DNA of 64,000 nt. It comes from Eledone cirrhosa (lineage: Eukaryota). Where the stretch lies: NCBI GenBank assembly GCA_964016885.1, contig OZ024740.1:167090001-167154000 (forward strand). The letters are read 5' to 3'. The notes beneath the pieces were generated by a model. The model was not told the origin of the DNA. It saw nothing but the letters and a program-made list of their open reading frames with translations, and searched no databases. Positions 1 to 18,222 of this stretch are shown here, one piece after another (positions within the stretch are counted from its first letter, which is position 1; every line of letters begins with the position of its first letter). The translations under genes and the position numbers were made by a program.

Positions 1-589
1 GAATTATATTTCATCTTTTTTCTATTATTATCTTAATATTTTTCCCAGAATCTTACCATCTAGTGACAGATATTTTCACTTGAGATGGAATATCATCAAG
101 GTAACTAATCTAAAACGAAACTAACAAACGATAATGTGTTAGCGATAGTACTTCACAGAGATGAGCAACAGGCAAAAGCTATGGCATATTAAAAGTGATA
201 TATAAGCATTAATTTTCCACAAGCAAATAAAATATATAAATATAATGAATGAATGTTCTCTTTCTAACTGACAGATATAATACATGAGAGGTATAAGCCA
301 ATGAGTAAAGACTTCGCTTGATAGAAGTAGTGTTCTGCTAAATGTTCTTACGTCTCGTTATATAATACGTTTCTCAAATTATGCTGTAATAAAGAATTAT
401 TTTCTATTTTTCTTCTTCTTGTAATTGTTTTGAGGTACGATACCCAGATTATTATCATTGTTGTTATTAAGTAGAATTGTGCAGCGACTAAATAATTACC
501 AGTCAAGGACTGATATCGATATATGGACATTACCAATCCTGCAATATTACTCGAAATGTGACTAAATTAGAAACCATTATTCCAGTTTA

Positions 590-658
590 GCACTGGGGTC
601 AATTTAGTCGACATTCCCCTACCCCCCCAAATTATTGGCCTTGTGCCTAAATCAAAAA

Positions 659-660
<2 letters not shown>
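590..660 (+). mobile_element. SINE 3' fragment (same family as 33736, 54412, 57207)
   Basis: gcactggggtc...ttggccttgtgcctaaa matches the 3' part of the other SINE copies in the window; followed by (ATT)n. Confidence 0.6.

Positions 661-709
<49 letters not shown>
661..709. repeat. (ATT)n/(TAA)n microsatellite at the 3' end of an R4/Dong-like element
   Basis: Pure ATT run abutting the 3' end of the minus-strand element; Dong/R4 elements are known to target (TAA)n. Confidence 0.85.
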
Positions 710-710
<1 letters not shown>

Positions 711-3520
711 TTTGATATCTCACTCATTGTTGTTATTTTACCAGAAATGTTGCCCTAATGGTCATCAAGATGCTACCTGCAGCCTCAAATATTCAGTACG
801 TATCGCAGGTTCCTTACTGTTTCCAGGAGGCATGCCTTCTGGAGTCTTCCAACAAAAATGAATGGGATAATGTTCTTTGAGCAGCGTTGGAAGTTCTTTG
901 AGATAGTATTTTGTGCTTATTTAACTATGGCGACGACCTTGATCTAATGACAGTTACAAATCATTTTCAATTCCCTCTTTAAATGTTGGTATCGGTTAAG
1001 TTTCTCTGGTTTTTTTTTCTCTTGCACTCTTGTGTCAAATGAGTCACATCTATAATCAAGCAAGATCTTTATTCCTTTTCAAAACCACCAAGTCAGCCTA
1101 TTCTAATTCTTTGTACGTTTGTATACTGAAATCCCACAGCCCATTTACCCAATCGCTTTTATCACTGACACTGGCTTATGCTCATATCATTTCTCAGCAT
1201 GAAGCAATTTCTCAATTTTGTTAAGTGAATCACTTTTCTAATGATATCGTGCCTCCATTCTTTATAGTGAACCTGGGCTAGGTGTTTACACTCGGATACA
1301 ATATGAGCCACATTTTCCTCTCTCTTCACAGATCCTACAGGGCGAGTTAGCCTCCTCCGTGTTAATATCGTGTTTCATCTACTTCGTTCTAAGGAATTGC
1401 TCCTAAGCAACCAGTAGCAAACCCTTTGTCAAGGTCATTTTCTATAATGAGTTCCATGTCTGCGGATCTCTGAATTCTGTTTTCTTCAGAAAGATCCCAT
1501 GAAGAGTATTTTCATTCAGGTTGTTCTTCTTTATTGGATATCCGCTGGTCTAGTGTCTACCCCTTCAATACAGCCTTAAACATTGACTGTGACTTATCCC
1601 TCCACAATCAGAGATGCTAAAATATTTGTAGGTGTCCTCTTGATCAAGTCGTCTTATTTTTATGTTTATGTCCAAGTCTATGCTGAAACATGAAATTGCT
1701 TTCCTTTTCTTCAACGACTGTTTTACACACTTATCGCGACCCAAGTACGTGCCTATGGCATCATTAAAACAGCTTGCTATCTTAAGCCGACACTCCAATT
1801 TCTTATCATCTCTAGACAATGTCTTAAGATAATCGATATAGAAGAAATGGCTGTAAAGCCTTTCTTTAATTTTATAGAGTGCTTGCCATCAAACTATGTG
1901 TAGATGTAAAGTGGTAAAGCGAAAAGGTTGGTACTTTGTCATGGCCAGGTTACTTCCATTTCTGAGATTTATTTAAAGCAAATTTGTTATTTTCTTTTGT
2001 GATATTACTCCACTCTTGAGTTGGTATATCCCTCATTCTTACTTTCTACCGTTCAATCTATTCAACATTTTCATTGTCTTCCTTTGGATTATTCCAGATA
2101 TTTTCCCAGAATGTTTGTACTTCTTTCATTGAGGGTGGTTCTTTTATTTCTATTTCATATTTTCCTATTTCTCTATAGAAATGTTTGGCATCTGTTTCAA
2201 AGATATTGTTTCGCCTATAAAATCCCTTTCTTCTTTCATAATGTCATTTCACTTGTACTTTTTACTTCAATCTTTCGACGCTGTGCGGAGCTTCAATCTA
2301 TTCGACGCTGTGCGGAACACACCTGCAATAACAGTTTCGACAGGCGGCACTTCCAGCTAGGTTCGGTGGCCTCGTCCTCCGATCAACTTCGGACCTAGCC
2401 TTACCTGCCTACCTCTCCTCTATCTCCTCTTGTCGCTCTCTCGTCAGCGAGGTTCTCAGTCAGACAGCAGAAATGCCGCTGCGGGGCGGTTGTTGACATG
2501 ATCGGCCTACACCCTCTTTCTTGTAGCCAGAACGCAGGCCGGTTCCCTCGACAAGGCGCTCTCAACGACATATTGAGAAGAATCCTGGACGCAGGTGGCT
2601 TTCCATCTCAACTGGAACCAGCAAGCCTAGACAGCGGAGATGGCAAGCGCCCCGACAGAATCACCCTCTTCCCACTCGAAGGGGGTAGATCCCTCATCTG
2701 GGAGCCACTGTTGCGACACGTTCTCCGCCTCCAACTTAGTCGCAACGACCACAAATCCAGGCATCACAGCCTGCGTCGAAGGCGAACGTAAAATACACAA
2801 ATAGCGTGGTTGGTCCGGCCGCTTCCTCTTCGCAACGGTCGCCCTCGAGATTTCAGGCGTACTTGGATCACGTACTGCCGAACAAGATCGGAGCATCGGC
2901 GGCCCGTCTGAGGAGGGAGTCCTGCGAGGTTGGGTGACTGTTGCATTGTGTGTCACTGGTCATCTTCCGGGGGAATGCTTTTGATGTCTTGTCCGCGGGG
3001 AGCAGCACTACCGCCCCTTGCACTAGGCCCAATCACCCTCCCTCTTACCCCCTCTCTTCTGTGACACCAGAGCTCTTGCCATCCCCTCTCTTTCGTTTTC
3101 TTTTTCTTCTTTTTTTCTCTCTTTTTTTTTCTCTCTTTTTTTTCCATATTTCCCTATTCTTTCTTTCTTTTTGCCCACCCCCCTTTTTTTCTTACTAAAT
3201 AACTTCTTTTTTTTTTTGCTTTTGAATAAAGATGTCAGTGAAAAAAAATCTCTTTTATTTCTGATATGGTGTGTATGTCGGTTATTTTGTATTTTCTTTT
3301 TACATTTCTGGATTTCATTGTAGTCAGTCATTTGAACCTCGTTTGACAATTCATGAAGTATGGAAATGTCACTTCTCGGCACCTCTATTTCCTTCTTTAT
3401 ATTTTACTTTCTACACAGGCTCTTTATGCTTGTTAGTAAAGTTGTTCTTCTTTATGTTTATCTTTATTTCTTTTCAGATACAGCTACTCTTGTTGCGTAT
3501 ATAATGCAGTTTAGCGTTCT
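710..3520 (-). mobile_element. Decayed R4/Dong-like non-LTR retrotransposon, interrupted by a CRE-like insertion
   Basis: Minus-strand peptides NNIFETDAKHFYRE, PPSMKEVQTFWENI, SHFFYIDYLKTLSRDD...DAIGTYLGRDKC...DTYKY (degenerate YMDD region) and a C-terminal LQKAC-like motif; many stops and frameshifts. Confidence 0.75.
2272..3240 (+). mobile_element. CRE-clade non-LTR retrotransposon 3' fragment (RLE endonuclease)
   Basis: GC-rich island; ORF 2498-2791 LSCSQNAGRFPRQGALNDIL...EPASLDSGDGKRPDRITLFP...SLIW resembles the CRE zinc-knuckle remnant/PD-(D/E)xK region; pyrimidine-rich 3' UTR with AATAAA. Confidence 0.75.
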
Positions 3521-3899
3521 CATATATTGATGGTATTCTGATCCTCCCATACAATCTTAATTTTACGATCAGTCATACCGTCCAGTACCATTAGCTTACA
3601 AATGACCTTTTGATATCAAGCATCTTTATAATATCCCGTTCCAAGATACTTGAATCCATTCTCCTTTATTACTTGCATCACCTAACCACTAGAAAGCTCT
3701 ACCCTATCTATTGCAATCAATCACCTTACCGCTATTCATTACTAATATGCCCCATCTCATGACGAAATACGAATAAGCCAAAATATGCGAGCGTTCTTTA
3801 TGTCAAAAAGGTAGCCAATCATAACACATGTGTCAGTTTGGTGCTGGCTCATTTCAATTTTATTCTCCCCCATTCTTATCACATTTCAGTTTTCTTCGG

Positions 3900-5250
3900 C
3901 AGCAACGAAAGATTTATAATTCATAACACAAAGTAAATTGCCGATAGACTATTGCCTCAAAATAATACCTCTTTGTACGTTCAAATTTCGTAACAATGTC
4001 CCGGCAGAGCGCTGTTTTTTTTCCATGTTGGCATGCCATGTAGTCATAGTCTTTGAAACACCAAACATCATTAGTCTCTCTAATATCCATCTGAAGGGAG
4101 AAGATCGTTTTCTTTTCGATAATCCATCCAAATTATAGCCATGTTTGTAAGTCTTTTCTTTTTGTATTCTCGCAATATTTTTTATTGATTAGCTGGTGAC
4201 TTTTATTCTCTCTGTCCCTCCATCTGTAAACTTGTTTTTTTCCGGAAGTATATTTTCAGCATAAATAAAGGAGTGCATTCATTCAGTCACGATTTGTATC
4301 ATTAGTTTTTACATGAAAGGAAAAAATGAAATCTACATAACGTTGTCGACTGCATTTCCATTTGTAGGATTTTTCAACCTATGAAGAGTTCCCCAATAAA
4401 TCACCCAAAATGGTATTGGTTTCGAATTGTTTCAAATTTCATTGACCTCTGCTTATGTTGATTGACTTGAAATGTTTTAACTAATACATTTGAACTTCAT
4501 CTGGATCAGGTCTTTTCCGATTTAGAATTTTGCAAAACTGTGTACTTATTATTTGCTCTGATTTTTTCAAGGTACATGTCCTTTCATTTTTGATTTAGAA
4601 TAACCATTCTACATCAGCATTGCTTTTTTTTCTCTATACCTCCGATATCATCCCCAAATTGCATTTTTGCTGCTGCATCTGGAATTAATCTCTCCTTTCA
4701 AATCGCCATTAATTTCCTGGTAAAACCATTTCTGGCCTGTCTTGAATGTTCTATTAAGTCTGTATTGATCTATGTTTTGAACATATTTTGAGATTTTTAG
4801 TTATTTGGTTTTGAATCTTTGTTTAAGCTCTTCTAAAACAATATCTAATCCCTTTCTCTTTATTTTGTATTTTTGTGTCTAATTCTCATTTCGTAACTGT
4901 CCATTTCCCTTTCTTTCAAACATGTTAAAATCTTGTCTTATTTGTTTTATGTTGCCTTGAATCCTTCTTTTTGCTCTTGAATCCAAGTGTATTTACCACA
5001 TACGCTATGCCAGCTTGAATCAAGTCGTTTATTTCTGTGACATCACACTATTGAAGTAGCCTGTTAACTTAGCTGCTCTCACTTTCTAACCGTCTATTAT
5101 CAAACTTTTTAAAATCCTTGTAGTCTGTAAATTCCCTCGGTGTACTTCCAATATTTCTCAGACTCTGACTTTAATCACAATGCGTAATTCGTTCATGTTA
5201 ACAGCACCGAACTCCCCCTCACCCTTTCTCTTTATAACTACTACCCTTAC
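3900..5250 (-). mobile_element. Second decayed R4/Dong-like element (N-terminal and RT region)
   Basis: Minus-strand peptides RRIQGNIKQIRQD, NRTFKTGQKWFYQEING, KNPTNGNAVDN, NMAIIWMDYRK...WILERLMMFGV and NVQRGI, in canonical R4 order. Confidence 0.75.
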
Positions 5251-5433
5251 TACCATTTCTTCATTTCTATCAATTTATCCCACTTCAATTACATAATTAT
5301 AATTTTCACTTTATATATATATGATTCCAGTTCCTCGGGACTAACAACACGCCCAGGAGCTGGACATATCGATGAATTGACAGAGTGGAACACATTTCAA
5401 CATGTTTACCTGTTTTTTCTACATTAATTCGTA

Positions 5434-5486
5434 CTGCCTGATGAGGTCACTGCCAACAATAGCTGTCACTGAAATATATATAGCAG
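5434..5486 (+). ncRNA. Type I hammerhead ribozyme motif in a solo PLE pLTR fragment (~5320-5630)
   Basis: ctgc-CTGATGA-stem II-GAAA-tatata-TA-gcag; stem I ctgc/gcag; fragment flanked by (TA)n. Confidence 0.7.
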
Positions 5487-5688
5487 AGAATTTATAATAA
5501 ACGTAGCCAAGTTTAACATGTTTTACTTACTTTATTTTACATTACTCCGGAGTAAACAAACCAACCTGCGTACTTCGTCGAGTGCTCCAACCTGGATACT
5601 GAAGTGTCGGTAAACAACCAACATATACTATATATATATATATGTATATATATATATGTGTGTGTATGTGTGTGTGTATATATGTATG

Positions 5689-5729
<41 letters not shown>

Positions 5730-5735
<6 letters not shown>

Positions 5736-6653
5736 CGTAAGATAAGAAAATTATAAAATTATAAAAAAATTATAAAATTGACTTACTTACTAAAATATCA
5801 CTTCCAACTAATTAGTTTCTGGAATGGAGTAAATATATTTTCCGAAGAATATATAGAAAAGCATTCCGTCGTCAGGAAAGTCTATTTTCATGTAAGTTTC
5901 CAGGCATAGCAAGGACTTTGGAAACTTATTAAAAAATAATTCAGTGGAAAGGAAATAGCGAAGCGTGGACTGAAATCCTAGCCATTGAGAAAATCACTGC
6001 CTCTACGTCTGTGGCAAATTCAAAAAGAATCAATCACGTGACATCGAGGTCAATCAGTGGAAAGCGAGTTGTTAATAAGACAGCGGCCTGCCTACTACTA
6101 TAGCAGCAGTCATGGTCAATATTGCTCGACAAATGAATTGGAGATAATTATAAAGAATTTATATCTAGTAACATGTATATACATACAGATGCATATCAAT
6201 GCTAGCAAATATATAGGTTTTGTCTTAGTAACATAGTGGTTCAATGCATGGGGTTGCAGAACAATAATATGAGAGACGTAAGATAAGAAAATTATAAAAT
6301 TATAAAAAAATTATAAAATTGACTTACTTACTTATTTTTTAATAAGTTTCCAGAGTCCTCGCTATGCCTGGAAACTTACATGAAAATAGACTTTCCTGAT
6401 GACGGAATGCTTTTTTATATATTCTTCGGAAAATATATTTACTCCATTCCAGAAACTAATTAGTTGGAAGTGATATTTTAGTAAGTCAATTTTATAATTT
6501 TTTTATAATTTTATAATTTTCTTATCTTACGTCTCTCATATTATTGTTCTGCAACCCCATGCATTGAACCACAATGTTACTAAGACAAAACCTATATATT
6601 TGCTAGCATTGATATGCATCTGTATGTATATAAATGTTACTAGATATAAATTC
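5730..6653. mobile_element. Non-coding mini-Penelope/retrozyme-like array, locus 1 (541-bp monomer, tandem plus inverted)
   Basis: gagagacgtaagataag at 5730 recurs at 6271; 6332-6653 is the reverse complement and crosses the monomer junction; CTGATGA (6396)...GAAA (6429) motif. Confidence 0.8.
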
Positions 6654-6654
6654 G

Positions 6655-6655
6655 T

Positions 6656-6687
<32 letters not shown>

Positions 6688-7073
6688 TGTAAATATATAT
6701 ATATATGTATGTAAATATATATATATATATATATATGTATGTGTATATATATGTGTATATATATATGTGTATATGTATATATGTGTATATACATATATAT
6801 ATGTGTGTATATATATATGTGTATATATGTATATATATGTGTATATATATGTATATGTATATGTGTATATATATGTATATGTATATGTGTATATGTGTGT
6901 ATATGTGTATATATATGTATATATATGTATGTATGTATATATATATATATATATGTATATGTATATATGTATATATATATATGTATATATGTATGTATGT
7001 ATATATATGTATGTATGTGTATGTATGTATATGTATGTATATGTGTATGTATGTATATATATGTATGTATATG

Positions 7074-7126
<53 letters not shown>

Positions 7127-7627
7127 GTGTATGTATGTATATGTATGTATGTATATGTATGTATGTATATATATGTATGTATGTGTATGTATGTATATGT
7201 GTGTATGTATATATATGTATATATATGTATGTATATGTATGTATGTATATGTGTGTATGTATGTGTATATATGTATGTATGTGTATGTATATGTATGTAT
7301 GTATATATATGTATATGTATGTATGTATATGTATGTATATATATATATGTATATGTGTATATGTATATGTATATATGTATATGTGTATATGTATATATAT
7401 ATATGTATATGTATATATGTATATATATGTGTGTACGTATGTATATGTATATATATATATGTATGTATATGTATATGTATATATGTATATATATGTATAT
7501 GTATATATGTATATATATGTATGTATGTATATGTATATATATATATGTATATATATATATGTATGTATGTATATGTATATATATATATGTATATATATAT
7601 ATGTATATGTATGTATATATATGTATA
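6655..7627. repeat. Compound (TA)n/(TATG)n microsatellite
   Basis: Direct reading; source of the poly-IY/MY ORFs. Confidence 0.95.
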
Positions 7628-8211
7628 TGGTGCTACTGGTAACATGTATCCCAGTACAACCTGTCCCATGGTCGGGTCGTTGGCGACTAAACTGGCAACC
7701 CCACCAAGGTTTCTTGGTGAGGAGGGTGACTTTGGACATACTGCAGGACTAAAAACAAAACCTGGCAAAGGAGCTCTTAAGAGTCAATGGCCATCCAAAA
7801 TCACCGGGAGAGATGACCCCTTAGCCTTTGTCAAGGCAGAATTCTAAGAGAAGGAAAACTCTGATATAACACCTGCAACCCTGATGGTATCCAATGATGT
7901 TGACTTATTCTTCTTTTTGGTAAATATCATCTTGGTTAAGAGAGTGGGACTGGCTTTGTGCAGTGCCTTTGCTCACTATAAAAGCTTCACGGCACAGGCA
8001 TTGCTTTATATCTGGAGATCTCTCTACACTTGTCGTCACATGGTACCAAAGGCCCAACACTATGTGTCAATAATTGTCACAGGTGTAGTGTTTGTACCAG
8101 AGTTTTCAAGTCGCTGGCTGGACTAAAAGTCACACTTGTTTAGCGCATCGGTAGGGGTTCTCCTACATGGATATAAAGTAGTGGCCGTACTCGAAAACGA
8201 GTTGGCAGCCA

Positions 8212-8213
<2 letters not shown>
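7628..8213 (+). mobile_element. Bipartite RTE-derived non-autonomous retroelement, copy 1
   Basis: RTE 5'UTR-like motifs (ggcgactaaac, agaaggaaaactctga) joined to an RTE-type terminal C2H2 finger ([17 protein letters not shown]); ends ttggcagccacc-(AT)n. Confidence 0.75.
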
Positions 8214-8278
<65 letters not shown>

Positions 8279-8416
8279 AATATATATATATATGTATGTA
8301 AATATATATGTATATATGTATGTAAATATATATGTATATATATATGTATGTAAATGTATATATGTATGTAAATATATATATATATGTAAATATATATATA
8401 TATGTAAATATATATA

Positions 8417-8499
<83 letters not shown>

Positions 8500-8501
<2 letters not shown>

Positions 8502-8900
8502 TAGTGCAGCATCAACGAAGCTTTTGGTAGATGCCAAGCTAACGAATGCAGTTTCGGTGTGCAGCTAAGCACTCAACGGAGAATATTACCCCTGAGTTAT
8601 AACATTACGGTTAGACAGCTTTGCAAATCAAATACAGCGACCGATAGACGGGCCGCAGAGACCATAGCGACTAAAAAAACTGAACTCAGGAAAAAATGTT
8701 GACTGTCCTGGTCCATCGCGTAGACATTACATGCAACACATAATGTATACCATACAACATACAACATCTCCGCTACGTTTCTGTAAATCCGAAATCGACA
8801 AAATCCACTTGCAGGGGTCTCTAAGTTAATGGTTTTGACGACAGAACAAAGGAATTTACTTCGTCAACAAGTTTTTCGTTCTGTTCCAGACGGGTGTGCG
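8500..8900 (+). mobile_element. Possible highly decayed mariner transposase N-terminal remnant
   Basis: [12 protein letters not shown] resembles mariner NINxAFGxxxANE; LTTEQRN resembles the LTxxQK after WVP; heavily disrupted. Confidence 0.3.
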
Positions 8901-11519
8901 TTCTAGCAGTAAACACTTCAGATATATATTTATATATATATATGTTTGATAAACCATACCGATAATCTGTGGCACTGTAATTATGAACTGTGTGTGATTT
9001 GTTTCTGTATGTAGATTATCTTGAATCACAACACCTCCTGAATCTTTGCATTTTCGAAGACGTAGGATAATGATATTATGGAGTAAGTGATAGTATTTCT
9101 TGCATGTTGGACGATCGCGTAAATGCTTGTTCCTTGCTCGTGTTTTGTTATATTATATTATTAAGTATTTTCCTTCATAGCATAGAGCAATCAAGCAAAA
9201 TCTGAAAACTCTCAAACAACGTTCGAAAACTTCCACCGTCGTAACAGTGAGAAAATATTTACTTTCAAGGAGATTTAAGTAGATATGTCTTAAAATAGTT
9301 GTATTATCACCCGCGCAAATACAATAGACACAATGGCAATTTCATGTTATTACTACACTCATCTATATGTTGTTTCTAATCGAGATAGTTTCCAAACAAT
9401 CATAGCCAGATTTGTGTTGATATACTTGGAAAATATTGAATAACGCAACAACCGATTTTATATATTCTGTCGATAGCGCTGAAAGAGAATAAAACAGGAA
9501 ATTAATGTGTCTTCGGTTCAACGAATGGGTCACCGTATGAAGTTAGGAATCAACACACATTTTTGTTTACTTATCTACGTGTTCGCCTCTATGTAAGTAT
9601 ATGTGTGTATCAGTGTATGTACTATTGTATGTCTTGCTATTTTAGTGTTTGAGAAAAAGTGAGGGGATGTAAGCATGTGTAGTGTATGTGTATGTGTGCG
9701 TTCTTGAAACTCTAGTCCAAGTAAAATACAATCTCTATATATTATCATGCCCTATCGAACGGAGCACTAATCGATTTATTCAGAAACTCACGTACACACA
9801 AGTACACACACATGCTCACACAGACACTGACATAGACACACACATACACACACATACACGAATATATATATATATACTAATCCACGTTCAAGCTCACACT
9901 CGCATCTGCGCCATCCGTGCGCACATATGTGTATAAACTTACATGCATACAGATATATAACAAATGTATTTATGTTAACGGGTACCAGCATAAGGAGCAA
10001 TGGTTATATATATATATAGAGAGAGAGAGATAGAGAGAGAGAAAGAGAGAGAGAGAGAATTATAGGAGAGTGGGCTTAGATACAGATCACCATTTTATAT
10101 GCATAATGTTTATATAAAATGTGGATACCTTTGTGATATTGAGTATATAAAAGTGGAATTTACACAAAGGAAAACACACACACACATATATATATATGTG
10201 TATGTATATATATATATGTATATATATATATATGTGTGTATGTATATATATATGTATATATATATACATACACACATATATATATATATATGTGCGTGTG
10301 TCGATGTCTTTGGTTGTGGTTGTATGTGATGCGTAAGCGTATTTCTGTGAATGAATGTATATACATAATCTAAATATGGTTATTATTATACATACATGAG
10401 TAGGAAACAATATTAGTTTTAATGTGTTAATCAAAAATCTACCTGCCTTTTTTAAATACTTCACTGTTATGGCATCATTTTGTACCTGTTTGACAGATTC
10501 TACTTTTACTTTCAGTTTCCAAATATCTAACTACTTATCTATCTATATTACTCTACCACAGCGTACAAACAAAGAAACGATAATGCACACACAAATACAC
10601 GCAAAAACACGCACACGCAGATACATACACATACACATTCGAAGCGTGACATGTCCCGTGTGAATCAGAGCTATGTGACGTTTCTCGGGAAATAAAATTA
10701 ATGATGACATAGATAGAAAAAAAAGGAACTGGTGTCAGCAATTTTGAAAGAGCTAGGGAGACCTGTGTATATTGGGAATTCGATCTTATCACGGTTCAAT
10801 ATTTATCAATAAAAGACCCTGTGTTGCTACATGCCCTCGAGTAAAATAGAGATAAACGCCTCCAAGCGAGTTAACATTTTCCTTTTCTCTGAGAAGTTTA
10901 TATAAGTTGATAACGATTATAGAAGACTTCTCACTTTTCTCCATTCTGTTCTATGGATCTCTTCTCGCTTTACTCTACCTTTCTCTTTTTCTCCCTTCCT
11001 CTTCTCCTTATACGCTTTCTCCTTCTATCGCTTTTTATCCAGTGTTACCACTGTGGATGCAATCTAAGAGTAAAGGTCAGTGCAATATATTAGATTAAAT
11101 TGATAACCTCGAGAAGGATGCGGATTTTGTACTAGAAAACTTAATAAAACTTTACCACTTCGTAAAAATTTGATTCGTTCTAGGTTTTGGTCAGTAAAGT
11201 TTTTCAGAAATAAACTGGACATTCATTTCATTATGTTCAGTTATAAAGTGTGTTATTGCCAAACGAATAAATGCCCTCGTCGTAAACCACAAGCAATTAA
11301 AATAAGAAACTTCTTATTAATGTAGTAAACAATTGTTACATTCATCTCCAGTAAAATCTGAAGTGTATGAAAAGGTTCACACACTAGTTGACCTCCATTC
11401 ACAAATTTGAGATTTCTGTGTATGGGTCTTAAATAAAACTGCCATAAAGGCGTACCCAATTCTACAAATGCATTAATATGATGTATGTATTTACGAAGGA
11501 ATTTGTATGGAGGTACGTA

Positions 11520-13129
<1,610 letters not shown>

Positions 13130-13130
<1 letters not shown>

Positions 13131-14082
13131 ACTTTTTATTTTTACCTGTTTCAGCCATCCGGCTGAGACCATGCTGGGGCACCGCCCTTGTTGCTACACA
13201 TTTTATCTCCAGCCTGTATAGGTTGGCCACTGGTGTAAGAGGGAGTTTGTTGCTGCTGCCCTTGGGTTTCCCTCGTGTCTTGCTGTGGGCTCATCCGGGA
13301 TCCTGGATAACAAGGTGTCGAGATGTTTCTTGAAGACATCCACCTCCACGTCATGCAAGTCTCTCAGATCCCTCTGCAGCCTGTTGAAGAGTTGAGGGCC
13401 CTTGAATCCCAGGATATTGCAATACCTGCTCCTTATTCTACATGTGGAAGACGGGACCTTTGGCACCACACAGTGACGTCCTGTTCGACGGTTGGTCTAG
13501 CTCCCAATGCCAAAGTTGGGTGCTAGTCCCTCCAGGATTTTCCACATGTAGATAACTGCGTATCTCTCCCGTCTTCGCTCCAAGGAGTAGAGGTTGATTT
13601 CCTTTAGCCTCTCCCAGTAGCTTGTCTCCCTCAACTTGGCAATCCTCTTGGTGTAGCTTCGCTGAATTGCCTCAAGCTCCGTGGTGAGTTTGACTCTATG
13701 GGGTGACCTCAACTGGGAGCAGCAGTCCAGGCGGCTTAGGACAAATGTCCTCAATAGTGTCAACATGGTGTCTCGATCTCTTGTCCGGAAAGTCCTCTAG
13801 ATCCAGCCAGCCAGTCGTCTGCACATTGTCGCCACTTTCATGATGTGTGAAGAAAGAGATGCATCATCGCTCATGTCTATGCCTAGGTCTCGTATCGATT
13901 TTGACACGGGGATATCGGTCCCTCCTGGTCCTGTGTAGTTGTGTTCCACTATATTTGTGTTTGCAGGTTTGTTTGGAGGTTTGTATTGTAGGGCTTGGAA
14001 TTTGCCAGCATTGAACTGCATGTTGTTTTCTTCCACCCATTGGTATATGGCATCCAGATCCTACTGTAAAAGGGCAGCGTCA
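13130..14082 (-). mobile_element. CR1-clade LINE 3' fragment, family A (RT C-terminus)
   Basis: [10 protein letters not shown]...IRDLGI...RTFRTRD...LDCCSQ...YWERLKEINLYSLERRRERY; in-frame stop at 13797; (TA)n on both sides. Confidence 0.85.
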
Positions 14083-14315
14083 TATATATATATATATATA
14101 TGTATATATATGTATATATGTATATATATGTATATATATGTATATATATATATATGTATATATATATATGAAAATATATATGTATATATATATATATGTA
14201 TATATATATATGAAAATATATATGTATATATATATATATATGAAACGGTTTACTGTGTTTCTTACTATATATATGTATATATATATATATATGTATATAT
14301 ATGTATATATATATG

Positions 14316-14348
<33 letters not shown>

Positions 14349-14369
14349 GTGTATATATATATATATGTG

Positions 14370-14446
<77 letters not shown>

Positions 14447-14540
14447 GTATATGTGTATATATATATATGTACATGTATATATATGTATATGTATATGTGT
14501 ATATATATATATATGTATGTGTATATGTATATGTGTATAT

Positions 14541-15146
14541 GTCAGGTCACCAGTTGGTGCTACTGGTAACATGTATCCCAGTACAACCTGTCTCATGGTC
14601 AGGTCGTTGGCGACTAAACTGGCAACCCCACCAAGGTTTCTTGGTGAGAAGGGTGACTTTGGACATCCTGCAGGACTAAAAACAAAACCTGTCAAAGGGC
14701 AAAGGAGCTCTTAAGAGTCAATGGCCATCCAAAATCACCGGGAGAGATGACCCCTTAGCCTTTGTCAAGGCAGAATTCTAGGAGAAGGAAAACTCTGATA
14801 TAACACCTGCAACTCTGATGGTACCCAATGATGTTGACTTGTTCTTCTTTTTGGTAAATATCATCTTGGTTAAGAGAGTGGGACTGGCTTTGTGCAGTGC
14901 CTTTTCTCACTATAAAAGCTTCACGGCACAGGCATTGCTTTATATCTGGAGATCTCTCTGTACTTGTCATCACATGGTACCATGGGTCCAGCACTGTGTC
15001 AATAATTGTCACAAGTGTAGTGTTTGTACCAGAGTTTTCAAGTATCAGGTTGGACTAAAAAGTCACGCTTGTTCAGCGCATCGGTAGGGGTTCTCCTAGA
15101 TGGATATAAAGTAGTGGCCGTACTCGAAAACGAGTTGGCAGCCACC
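14541..15146 (+). mobile_element. Bipartite RTE-derived element, copy 2 (full length)
   Basis: gtcaggtcaccag...gcagccacc; near-identical to the other copies. Confidence 0.8.

Positions 15147-18222
<3,076 letters not shown>

Noticed and set aside
49-100. Possible plus-strand exon (cag|...|gtaact, ILPSSDRYFHLRWNIIK)
   Set aside because: A single short segment; the next candidate acceptor gives an immediate stop; no other support
4310-4380. Apparent minus-strand exon VEKSYKWKCSRQRY
   Set aside because: Another frame matches the R4/Dong RT segment in collinear order
14818-15087. C2H2 zinc-finger gene family (repeated MVSNDVDLFF ORFs)
   Set aside because: Part of the multicopy RTE-derived element; the finger is in frame with this ORF only in some copies
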